Of a stretch of DNA of 64,000 nucleotides, positions 38,474-47,517 are shown piece after piece. The stretch is from assembly GCA_902385255.1 (NCBI GenBank), contig CABMEV010000004.1, forward strand, positions 34,590 through 98,589, read 5' to 3'. How positions within the stretch are numbered: the first letter of the stretch is position 1; every line of letters starts with the position of its first letter. The translations under genes and the position numbers were made by a program. This stretch comes from Candidatus Tiddalikarchaeum anstoanum (GTDB lineage: Archaea > Nanobdellota > Nanobdellia > Tiddalikarchaeales > Tiddalikarchaeaceae). The notes beneath the pieces are model-generated. The model did no database searches, was not told the origin of the DNA, and saw nothing but the letters and a program-made list of their open reading frames with translations.

Positions 38474-39085
38474 ATGGGCATTTTAGATATAATTTACAAT
38501 ATGGTAAATAAATCCAAGCAAAAAAAGGCCAAAAAACCAAAACAAAAGCACGAAAAACATGCTGCCAATAATGGAAAAACAGGGCAGGTGCAGGAAACCA
38601 AGCAGAAATTGGAGCAAAAGATAATAGTCAAGGATTTGTCAGATACTGAAAAACTGCTGAAAGCGTGGGATTCAAGCGTCAAGAACGTTTCAGACCATCC
38701 ATTATCACAGGTTAAAATCATTAATACGCAGATATTGGAGCAGTTAACTGATATACTCACTTCTATGAACTCAAAATTAGACCGCCTGGATGTGTTAGAA
38801 GAGATTTTGAGGCTACTTAAGGATTCCAGGGCTGAAATCAGGGTTGTTGGTGGAAGTACTGAGAAATTGGATGCTGCTATCTCTAAAATTGAGGGTTTGA
38901 CTATCAAGGATGAAGAGTTTATCCGCGTCTTGAAGGATAAGGGGCCTCAAAGTGCTGATTCCATAAGCCGTTTGGTTGGCATTTCAAGGAGCACAGCTTC
39001 AAGCAGATTGAATAAATTGGAGAAGTTTAAGCTTGTTAAGAAGAATGCTGACGGCAAAGATATTTATTATTCATTGAACCAATAA
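38474..39085 (+). CDS. Coiled-coil + C-terminal winged-HTH DNA-binding protein
   Basis: MGILDIIYNM N-terminus, basic linker, heptads, GPQSADSISRLVGISRSTASSRLNKLEKFKLVKKNADGKDIYY. Confidence 0.82.
   Translation: MGILDIIYNMVNKSKQKKAKKPKQKHEKHAANNGKTGQVQETKQKLEQKIIVKDLSDTEKLLKAWDSSVKNVSDHPLSQVKIINTQILEQLTDILTSMNSKLDRLDVLEEILRLLKDSRAEIRVVGGSTEKLDAAISKIEGLTIKDEEFIRVLKDKGPQSADSISRLVGISRSTASSRLNKLEKFKLVKKNADGKDIYYSLNQ
38493..38508. promoter_or_regulatory. 16-bp quasi-palindrome TTTACAATATGGTAAA inside the 5' end of the HTH gene
   Basis: Identical to 7244-7259; variants at 39982-39997 and 40048-40063. Confidence 0.6.
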
Positions 39086-39139
39086 AAAATATTATCAAAG
39101 GTTTTAATAATTTATCAAAAGTTTTATCGTGCTGTTTTT

Positions 39140-39343
39140 TCAGTATTTTTTATCGTTTTTTTGATTTTTTTCTAATTTTCTATATTCCATCTCGTTTACA
39201 AAATTTGGATTGACTTTTTTTAGTTCGGTAAGATGATAGTTTCTTTCTTTTTCCATGTCGTCTTTTATATTTCTTAATATGTCTGATAAGCTGATTAGTC
39301 CGTTTCTTACGAAATCATTTTTCATTACTATTATGGATTTCAT
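39140..39343 (-). CDS. Small hypothetical protein or 3' remnant of a decayed gene
   Basis: 67-aa ORF; frame is open further upstream without a start codon. Confidence 0.35.
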   Translation of the reverse strand: MKSIIVMKNDFVRNGLISLSDILRNIKDDMEKERNYHLTELKKVNPNFVNEMEYRKLEKNQKNDKKY

Positions 39344-39622
39344 TACTTCTTTATAGGTTTTTAGCGCCTTTTTTAGCTGCCTAAATAGGGCTCGGAATAT
39401 ACCCTCCAGGCGAAAGTTTTAGGCCTAAAATGCGTTAAAATGACCCCGTTGTTTCCTATGGATATATCGGCTTTCTATACATAGAATTTGGCCGGATTTC
39501 ATTATGTCTTCCTCCAGTAATCTGTATGACAAGCTCCCTATATCTTTTATAGAATAGTAGTTAGGGAACCACTTTCGTAAACCTTATATGTCGCTCTCCA
39601 CTTATAGAAAACTGGTATATTT

Positions 39623-39970
39623 ATGAAAAACGTGATGTTTTTGGTATTCGGAAACCACCCCAAAGCTAACAGCATAAAAGAGCGTGCTCTGGTGATTATT
39701 AAGTTCCTGAAAGGCAAGGACTGGGTGGACTTAAACGACATACAAAAAGAGCTTAACATAGACAGGAACGAAAGCCCCAGCATGTTCTATAAACCTCTTA
39801 GTGCGATGAAGCGCTGGAAGCTGCTTGACAGTAAGCGCCAGGTTACAGGCGGCCGAGGAGTGCACGTTATCTACACGACTTATTACAAGTTTACCCCAGA
39901 CCATTTTCTTACATATTTGAAAGACACTTTGTACGCAGTGTGCGATACAGAGCTTAAAATGTTCAAATAA
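39623..39970 (+). CDS. Putative winged-HTH protein
   Basis: LNDIQKELNI...FYKPLSAMKRWKLLD...YYK helix-turn-helix plus wing pattern. Confidence 0.55.
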   Translation: MKNVMFLVFGNHPKANSIKERALVIIKFLKGKDWVDLNDIQKELNIDRNESPSMFYKPLSAMKRWKLLDSKRQVTGGRGVHVIYTTYYKFTPDHFLTYLKDTLYAVCDTELKMFK

Positions 39971-39981
39971 TTTAATATTAA

Positions 39982-40063
39982 TTTACCATATTGTAATTAT
40001 GTGGGTGCCCATATAGTCAAAAAACATTGCATACTTTTTAATACATTATTACCATATAGTAAA
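39982..40063. promoter_or_regulatory. Two variants of the TTTACAATATGGTAAA motif (reverse orientation)
   Basis: TTTACCATATTGTAAT (15/16) at 39982 and ATTACCATATAGTAAA (14/16) at 40048. Confidence 0.55.
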
Positions 40064-40217
40064 TAAATTGAGATTACACCTCGAAAAATTCCACTATCTG
40101 CCGAAAACTAAAAACTGAGTGAGACATCAAATTTAAGAGAATGCAAAGTGAGGGATAATTATAAATTTTATTAATGTGATTTATAATATTTATTAATTAA
40201 TAATTATGTAATATAAT

Positions 40218-40763
40218 ATGGTCTTTTATAATAACAAAGAAATAATAACTAATGAACATGATCTTGCATATTTAAAATATTTTGATTGGTTTTTATCACT
40301 TAGCTCAGATAAGTTAAAGAATTTAAATGTTTTATTTAAAAAATCGTAAAATTGATTTGTATATAAAAGCAAATAAAATTATAAAAAGTCCAGACCTTAT
40401 TTCAAAATCTCAGATACAAGATATTAAATCCAAACGAATTACAAATAAAAAAAGATGAAGTAAATATAATTTTAATGGGCGGAGAATCTAATATTGATTC
40501 ATTAGATGATATGTCAGATTTTTAGATCATGGGGTTGTCATAAGAGAGCCTGCGACGAATTAATAAACTGGTTTTATGAAGAATCCAATCTTAAAAAAAT
40601 GACCATTATAGTCCCTTTTGACACTATTTTCAGTACGTATAATGCTAATTTGAATACTCCAAAATATAAAGAATATTTCTTAAACGTATATAATTCTAAA
40701 AAAACTTCATTCAAAATAAATCAAGACCAAGCAATAACTGTTTTGTCTAAAATAGTTATTTAA
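40218..40763 (+). pseudogene. Fragmented hypothetical gene
   Basis: Coding-like pieces in different frames (MVFYNNKE..., NIILMGGE..., SWGCHKRAC...). Confidence 0.4.
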
Positions 40764-40978
40764 AATTTTTCAAAGATAACAAGTCCCAAAAAAAATAAAT
40801 TAATCAAACAATAATATTTTAAGCAATTAATACTAAACTAAGTTTCAGGAACTCTAGATTTAATACTTATTTTGTTAGGTATAACTTATATTTTGGCTAA
40901 AATTTCAATTAAAAGCCTTTTTAACAGACGCATGCCTTGTTAAAAATAATAATATTAATAATAGGGGGTGCAAAAAGA

Positions 40979-41146
40979 ATGCTAGTTGTAAGAAAAGCAG
41001 CAAAAGAAGCTGGAAAGAAGTACGAAATGAGATTCCCAGACGAGACTATTGATGCTCTTGACAAGTATTTAGATGAAAAAATAAAGAAAGCCGCAGACAG
41101 AGCTAAAAAGAACGGAAGAAGTACTTTAAGAGAATATGACTTCTAA
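40979..41146 (+). CDS. Small histone-fold protein (55 aa)
   Basis: SD GGGGGTG; IKKAADRAKKNGRSTLREYDF with the RxTxxxxD histone L2 motif and very short alpha3. Confidence 0.85.
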   Translation: MLVVRKAAKEAGKKYEMRFPDETIDALDKYLDEKIKKAADRAKKNGRSTLREYDF

Positions 41147-41290
41147 AAGCTAAAAAAAATCATTTTTCAAACTTTTTTTTTAATGTTTCTAATTTTTATG
41201 ATTTAAGGCAAAAGATAAACGCCTATAAAAAAAAGTACTTCTAAAAAATACTTAAAATAACAACACGCATCTCCTAAAGACTATACAAAA

Positions 41291-42079
41291 ATGTTAAATA
41301 AAAAAATAATACAAAATAGACTAGAACTAATAACACGAAAATGGTGGTTTTTCTTAGCATTAATACTCCTTCAATTCATACCCCCATACGCATCCAAAGG
41401 AATAACAAGCTGGCAAGACTCAGGATACCTTACCGGAGCAGTACTAACAAACGCATTAATCAATAATATATCAATATTATACCCAGTTTTCAAAATAATA
41501 CCAATAATACTAGTCATCTCAATAATATTATACAAGAACAAAGCTAGAAGAATATTCAGCATTTACGCAGGAATAAACTACGCACTATTTGCAGTACTGC
41601 AAAACGTAGGAATCACCGAACAATACGGCCTAGGAATAGTCACAATCAACGTAATCATGTTCTTAATAGTTGCAATATCCTGGTTCTGGGAATCAATCAT
41701 CCAAAAAAATGACTTCACGATAAGAAAAATACCAAAATGGAAATACTTACTAATAATATTATCATTCATCGCATTCTGGTACCCGACCGAACCAAAAACT
41801 TTCACACCCAACTTTAACCCATTAGGAATAATAACAAACATGGCAGGACTAGCATTCTGCACAATGACACCATTCTACATAACAATACTAATCATATACT
41901 ACCCTAAAATAAACACTGCAACACTAAGAATAACAAGCCTCATCGGATTCATACTCGCATTTTACAATATCTGGGTGAACTTCTTCATCTCCCCAACTAC
42001 ACTATGGTGGAACGGTATACTGCACATACCATTATTGATAACGTCAGTCACGGGAATAATATGCTCATACAAAAAATAA
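41291..42079 (+). CDS. Multi-pass membrane protein
   Basis: About 8 hydrophobic segments. Confidence 0.75.
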   Translation: MLNKKIIQNRLELITRKWWFFLALILLQFIPPYASKGITSWQDSGYLTGAVLTNALINNISILYPVFKIIPIILVISIILYKNKARRIFSIYAGINYALFAVLQNVGITEQYGLGIVTINVIMFLIVAISWFWESIIQKNDFTIRKIPKWKYLLIILSFIAFWYPTEPKTFTPNFNPLGIITNMAGLAFCTMTPFYITILIIYYPKINTATLRITSLIGFILAFYNIWVNFFISPTTLWWNGILHIPLLITSVTGIICSYKK

Positions 42080-42088
42080 TATTTTTAC

Positions 42089-42559
42089 TTAACTTTTTTG
42101 CGCAATAAACGATTTAAAAAATCTTCTAACTGATTCGTGCGAGAAAGCATTGAACAATAATTGAATAATATAAAGAGCTAATAATATAACTCCAAGAGTT
42201 AAGTTCTCCTTCCACACAAGTATCACTAAAACATAATTGGCAAAGAAATACAGCATTAAATAAGGAATTAACAAGTACAGTTTAGACTTGGACCGAAAAT
42301 TAATCTTCAAAACCCAATCCAAAACAACCTCAAAACCCAAGTAGACTAACACTATTACTAAATATAAGTAGTAAAAAAGAGGCTTGTTCTCAAATATTGA
42401 AAGAATCAAGCAAATAATAGCAAGCGGAATAACCAAGACTAAGTAAGCGAAACCGAACGTTTTAATTAATTTATTATTTTTAACCCTATTGGAATTAAAG
42501 ACGCAGATAAGCAATAAATTATGCACGAGCCCTAACACAAACGCTAGTTCTAAAAACAT
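42089..42559 (-). CDS. Multi-pass membrane protein
   Basis: About 5 hydrophobic segments. Confidence 0.7.
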   Translation of the reverse strand: MFLELAFVLGLVHNLLLICVFNSNRVKNNKLIKTFGFAYLVLVIPLAIICLILSIFENKPLFYYLYLVIVLVYLGFEVVLDWVLKINFRSKSKLYLLIPYLMLYFFANYVLVILVWKENLTLGVILLALYIIQLLFNAFSHESVRRFFKSFIAQKS

Positions 42560-42653
42560 AAATTAAGCCAAATGGCCTCAAATTAATAAAAATATCGATG
42601 AGAACGTTGGGATCAAAATGCTTTTATTATCTTTACTTTTTCCTAGAAAAATA

Positions 42654-43181
42654 ATGGACCTTAAGGAGTTAATAAGCAAAAAAGAGATAGATGCTAAAAT
42701 AACTGAGTTGTCAGGAGTAATCATTAACGACTTCGGCAGCAGCGTCTATGCAATGACTGTACTTGAAGGTGCAAGAGTATTCTCCAACTACTTAATACAA
42801 AATCTGAGAACTAACAGCTCTACAGTAGAGAATGACTACATAAAACTATCCAGCTACAATGAAGGCACAGAATCAAGCGGGAAGATAACGATAAAGAAAA
42901 ATCCTGAAAAAGACTATAAAGGCAAGAAAATCCTAATCATTGAAGACATAATAGACACAGGGCTAACACTAAAATTCCTGAAAGACTACCTGACACGAAA
43001 CGGCGCAAGCCAAGTAAAGATATGCACATTACTAGACAAGCCAAGCCGAAGAACTGTAAAAATAACACCTGACTACTGCGGATTCACAATACAAAACCTG
43101 TTCGTTGTCGGCTTTGGCATAGACTTTAACGAACAATATAGAGAACTACCCTGCATATACTACATCGAACCCAACACTTAA
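42654..43181 (+). CDS. hpt: Hypoxanthine phosphoribosyltransferase
   Basis: LEGA, SSY, ILIIEDIIDTGLT, LLDKPSRR, FVVGFGID...YRELP. Confidence 0.95.
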   Translation: MDLKELISKKEIDAKITELSGVIINDFGSSVYAMTVLEGARVFSNYLIQNLRTNSSTVENDYIKLSSYNEGTESSGKITIKKNPEKDYKGKKILIIEDIIDTGLTLKFLKDYLTRNGASQVKICTLLDKPSRRTVKITPDYCGFTIQNLFVVGFGIDFNEQYRELPCIYYIEPNT

Positions 43182-43216
43182 TAAAAAATACAACCCCACA
43201 AAACCCAAATTCAGAA

Positions 43217-43411
43217 TTATAAGAATGCGTAATGCATAAGAATTATAAACAAAGCATTAAGGACTACTAACAAAATAATTAATTTAGTCCTTCCCATTGA
43301 TTTAATCTTCCTTATAGTTGACATATTCATTATAATATATACAGTATAAATTATTACAAGAATAGCTGCGCCAAGAAAATTACCACGTACTTCCATAAAA
43401 AAATAATACAT
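43217..43411 (-). CDS. Small membrane protein
   Basis: Two TM segments. Confidence 0.45.
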   Translation of the reverse strand: MYYFFMEVRGNFLGAAILVIIYTVYIIMNMSTIRKIKSMGRTKLIILLVVLNALFIILMHYAFL

Positions 43412-43453
43412 TACGTATATAAATATTAAACTCTTTAGAATAATACGAGACCA

Positions 43454-43873
43454 ATGAAGAAATCAAATCCAAAAATTGACGAATCTGCACCTAAACTGAT
43501 TGGCAAACATATTATAGAACTTGATGATTGGCGCGGAAAGATATTAACTACTATTCGTAAAATAATTCACGACGCAGATCCAGACATAATAGAAGAATTG
43601 AAATGGAAGAAACCAACCAACCCAGCAGGTACACCAGTATGGTCCCATGATGGGATTGTCTGCACTGGAGAAACATACAAAGATCATGTAAAACTGACTT
43701 TTGCCAAAGGCGCCTTCTTGAAGGATCCAAAACGCATATTTAACGCTAGCCTTGAAGGTAATTTAACACGCGCAGTCGATATTCACGAGGGTGAAACTAT
43801 TAACGAAGCTGCTTTAACAGAACTTATTCGTGCTGCAGTAGCCTACAACATATCCGAAAAGAAAAAACGATAA
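43454..43873 (+). CDS. DUF1801 (YdhG-like) protein
   Basis: DWRG, EELKW, GTPVWSHDG, KLTFAKGA.LKDP. Confidence 0.88.
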   Translation: MKKSNPKIDESAPKLIGKHIIELDDWRGKILTTIRKIIHDADPDIIEELKWKKPTNPAGTPVWSHDGIVCTGETYKDHVKLTFAKGAFLKDPKRIFNASLEGNLTRAVDIHEGETINEAALTELIRAAVAYNISEKKKR

Positions 43874-44074
43874 TCTTCTTATAAGAATTAGTTTCAGAAC
43901 CATTTCTCAATTATTTTAAATAAGCTAAAAAAACGCAATACCAAAGAATTCAGAACAAAAATAATAAACTTTCCTAAAAAAATAATATTAATTTACAATA
44001 AAAATTCACTTAAAAAGATTACTAAATACTATATTTCTCAAAAATGTTTTTAAATTGATTTTTCTAAACAGTTA

Positions 44075-44860
44075 ATGAATATGAGTACTGCTATAGATGT
44101 TTTAGAGATGGAAATCGCGAAAGAAGAATTAAAATATGACGCTATAATTAAGGATATTAACGACGGCATAAAAATTAGACTATTCCTGCCATTTTTAAAG
44201 AAAAAGATTGAAAAATTAAAATCTGAATATGAAGCATTAAAAAAAACAGGATTAGAAGAAAGCCTAACTATTCACGCAGCAATTATCGGAAGACCAGAAT
44301 TTTACTCCTGCATTAAATACGATCCTTGCTGGAAACAAAACCAGCAGAAATCAAGCTTCAGGTGGGAGTGGGACCTCTATAATCCAACAATCACCAACTT
44401 AGGCTCAGCACTAACAGCAATAGTAGAGGAAGAGGACCCAAACATATACAGAAACTTTGACTGGATAATTAAAAAAACATCAATGCCAAATATAAGATAC
44501 ATACACAATATACACGGCGAATTATTCGGAATCTACATCGGAAGCTCTTACCAAAAAACAGTCAATACCTTAGAAGAAGCAGTAAAAGAAATAATACCAT
44601 TAATAAAACACTACGAAGGATACAAACAAGAACTAAAACAGATAAAAAAGAATAAAAAAACGAATAAGGCAATAAATGAAAAAGAAGTAGTGCCGGAATT
44701 AGACAATAACCAAGTAATTGAGAAACCAATAATAATATCAGCAGCACCGAAAAATAACGACGACGTAATAAGCGAGATTACCAGAAGAAAAAACGAGATA
44801 CTAAAGAATCAAAGAGAAGAAAGATATAAGATGATAGTAAGAACTTTAAAAATCGCCTAA
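44075..44860 (+). CDS. Hypothetical protein
   Basis: 261-aa ORF. Confidence 0.65.
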   Translation: MNMSTAIDVLEMEIAKEELKYDAIIKDINDGIKIRLFLPFLKKKIEKLKSEYEALKKTGLEESLTIHAAIIGRPEFYSCIKYDPCWKQNQQKSSFRWEWDLYNPTITNLGSALTAIVEEEDPNIYRNFDWIIKKTSMPNIRYIHNIHGELFGIYIGSSYQKTVNTLEEAVKEIIPLIKHYEGYKQELKQIKKNKKTNKAINEKEVVPELDNNQVIEKPIIISAAPKNNDDVISEITRRKNEILKNQREERYKMIVRTLKIA

Positions 44861-44866
44861 AAAGCA

Positions 44867-45244
44867 TTAAGTTCCGGAGCTAAAACTCATCCAAAAGAAC
44901 CATACACCAATTAATAGTATAACTATTCCCCAGATTACTTGCTGAGACTTAAAATCCTGAGCCCTCTTATTAACATGACCTGGAAAACCAATCTTGGTAA
45001 TACCCTTAAAGAAAGTAACCCAACCTAAGATAGTAACAGTAACCCTCCAGTCAAAAACCCATAAATTATGCAGTACAACAGTGCCAAGACCTAATAAGAA
45101 AGTGATATAACCTGTAGATACGGTAATAGCTTTCTCCTCAGTGTATTTAATAATCCTGCCCAACAACTTAGCAATAATAGACATTAGTCCAAGACAAATA
45201 AAAAGGCTGCCCCAAAACCTTGCCAAAAAAATAGTAACATCCAT
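44867..45244 (-). CDS. Small four-TM membrane protein
   Basis: HNLWVFDWRVTVTILGW motif; hydrophobic. Confidence 0.75.
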   Translation of the reverse strand: MDVTIFLARFWGSLFICLGLMSIIAKLLGRIIKYTEEKAITVSTGYITFLLGLGTVVLHNLWVFDWRVTVTILGWVTFFKGITKIGFPGHVNKRAQDFKSQQVIWGIVILLIGVWFFWMSFSSGT

Positions 45245-45325
45245 ACATTAAACTAAGAACTGAGGCAAGTTAAATATTTTTCCCAAAAAGAGTTTTTTTT
45301 TGATTAGTTTTATAAAAAAAATAAT

Positions 45326-46294
45326 TTATCCACCGCTATACTTCACCGTATTTATAGGATAAACCTCGTACAAAATCGTTGATTCATATTTTAATATATT
45401 ATCAGGGAACTTATTCCTCAACTCCTTCAACAAGTCATGAAGTTCGAAATGAGACTCAAGCACCGCCTCAAACTCCAAATCCCACCTGCCAAGACCCTTA
45501 ACAATCTGAGTAACAGACTTCTTACCGGCAAGAAAATGAACCAAATCCTTATACTTAACCTGATTCATATTAGTCAAATTAAGAAAGATATGGAAATTAT
45601 TCAAATTAAACTTTTTAGGATTAACCCTGATTTTAAAACCAGTAATTATCCCTTCTTTAAAGAGCCTCTTCATCCTAACCCTGACCATTTGCGGACTCAA
45701 ACCCAGCTTGGAAGTTAGTTCAATCATCGGCTTTCTCGAATCCTCCTTAATACTGTTAATTAACAAGTAATCCTTCTCATCCAGCTTAACATCTCCTTTA
45801 ACATTCACAACTTCATCAACCCTAACCTCCTTTTCGCTATACAAGTAATTGTAAGGCAGATAATAGATTCTTGATGCAATGCTCAACTCCTTGTCAATCA
45901 AATGATTATCCAAGGAATAAATTATCGAGTCATAAATCTCATCAATCTCTTTAATCGTTTTTGCTAAGAATATGACGCAAAAATCGAACGAGCCGTCAAG
46001 CCTGGCAGCAAAATGAATATTTTTAAGCTTGGACAAGGAATTAACAAGCGAGTCTTTGATTTTCTCAGAAAAACCCATAAACTTCAAAAAAAGCCTGCAG
46101 TACATGTAACCCAGCTTAGCCCTATTAACAGTAGTGCAAAAAAGAGTGATTACACCATCATCAACCAATTTCTTAATCCTGTAATTGACAATATTCTTAG
46201 GCAAACCCACTTTTTTACCAATCTCGGAAAAAGACCGCCTGCTGTTATTATCCAACTCCTTAATTATTCTTTCGTCCTTAACGCTGAGCTTCAT
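45326..46294 (-). CDS. Tandem (double) Lrp/AsnC transcriptional regulator
   Basis: Two repeats of D..I...L..NSR/DSR HTH plus RAM domain (GSFDF, GRWDL). Confidence 0.92.
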   Translation of the reverse strand: MKLSVKDERIIKELDNNSRRSFSEIGKKVGLPKNIVNYRIKKLVDDGVITLFCTTVNRAKLGYMYCRLFLKFMGFSEKIKDSLVNSLSKLKNIHFAARLDGSFDFCVIFLAKTIKEIDEIYDSIIYSLDNHLIDKELSIASRIYYLPYNYLYSEKEVRVDEVVNVKGDVKLDEKDYLLINSIKEDSRKPMIELTSKLGLSPQMVRVRMKRLFKEGIITGFKIRVNPKKFNLNNFHIFLNLTNMNQVKYKDLVHFLAGKKSVTQIVKGLGRWDLEFEAVLESHFELHDLLKELRNKFPDNILKYESTILYEVYPINTVKYSGG

Positions 46295-46372
46295 AATATA
46301 TCAAAATAGATGTTTTTGGTTAAAAAGCTTACTTTTTGAGCTATTTTTTAATAAATAGTTTAAACTAAAATA

Positions 46373-46954
46373 ATGGGCTATATGTATTTTATGAAAAACA
46401 ACCTTGAAGATTTAATAACTAAAAACAAGTCTGAAATCTTTAACTTAGTTAACGATTTGGACTCTAAATATTTGCCAGAGTTTAATACGGCCTATAGAAG
46501 CTTAAATGAAGGAGTTTCCCGCGAAGACCTGCTTGATCCAGATACTCCGGAGATTGAAAACCCTTACCATTTCGATTTTGTTAAAAGAAAAGGATTAATA
46601 CTTGATGTAATATCAAATGGCGACTTTGATTTCTCAAGATACTCTGTAGTATTCGACATTGATGCTAGGTCAATCTATCACACTTCATACAGGAGCGACA
46701 CGAAAGAAACAGTGCCAATACTCGAATTCTATGGCAATAGATTAGTTCCAGTTTTCAATGTTCAAATACCTGATATTACAGGAATCAGGTGCACTGACAA
46801 AAATGACTGGATGAAATACCATGACAAGATTGTCTCAAAGCTTAAGGAACTAAAGCAGGAAGAAATTAACAAAAAAGCCAGCGAGTCTAAAGAAGAGCCT
46901 GACATCTTTGGCGGAAGAGACTTCGCGCACTTTGACCACTTATTCGAGGACTGA
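46373..46954 (+). CDS. Hypothetical protein (paralog of next gene)
   Basis: KRKG.ILDV...YSVVFDI..RSIY...VPILE. Confidence 0.7.
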   Translation: MGYMYFMKNNLEDLITKNKSEIFNLVNDLDSKYLPEFNTAYRSLNEGVSREDLLDPDTPEIENPYHFDFVKRKGLILDVISNGDFDFSRYSVVFDIDARSIYHTSYRSDTKETVPILEFYGNRLVPVFNVQIPDITGIRCTDKNDWMKYHDKIVSKLKELKQEEINKKASESKEEPDIFGGRDFAHFDHLFED

Positions 46955-46963
46955 AAACGAAAA

Positions 46964-47506
46964 ATGAACGAGCTTGAAAACATCTTAACTAAAATAAACG
47001 AACTAAAACTTAAGAAAGTGAATTTTCCTGAATATTTTGCAGCTTACAGGCTCATAAAGAATGATAAGAGCCACATAGAGTATTATACCTCTATTTGCGC
47101 AAGAGAAGTTCCCAACCAGTACGATTACAAATTTTTCAAACGCGAAGGATTCGTATTGGAAGTTCAGGATGAAAGCCATTTCATTTACTGCGTTGTTTTT
47201 GACATAAAATCAAAAACGATTTATCGGACAGTCTTTGGAATGAATGAAAACAAAGCAGTTCCAATACTTGACTGCTCAGAGGATAAACTAATTCCCCTCT
47301 ACAAAAAATTCGGGTCGCAAGATGATTATGCTGACACTAATTCAAGCAACTGCTTCATGGAAAGTGACTGGAGGACTTTCAGTAAAGAAATCAGTGAAAT
47401 CCTTGCCGATTTTAGCATGTCAGAAAAATATAACAAAGTCAAGGAAGAGGATGATTACTCAATAAGAAAATTCAGGATAGACGCTGATTGGGATATCATC
47501 CAATAA
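46964..47506 (+). CDS. Hypothetical protein (paralog of previous gene)
   Basis: KREG.VLEV...YCVVFDI..KTIY...VPILD. Confidence 0.7.
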   Translation: MNELENILTKINELKLKKVNFPEYFAAYRLIKNDKSHIEYYTSICAREVPNQYDYKFFKREGFVLEVQDESHFIYCVVFDIKSKTIYRTVFGMNENKAVPILDCSEDKLIPLYKKFGSQDDYADTNSSNCFMESDWRTFSKEISEILADFSMSEKYNKVKEEDDYSIRKFRIDADWDIIQ

Positions 47507-47517
47507 AATAAAGGAAG

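Noticed and set aside
33639-41146. Integrated plasmid or provirus explanation of the HTH/repeat locus
   Set aside because: Interleaved with housekeeping genes (dtdA, UPF0282 hydrolase, histone); no integrase, att repeats or capsid genes seen
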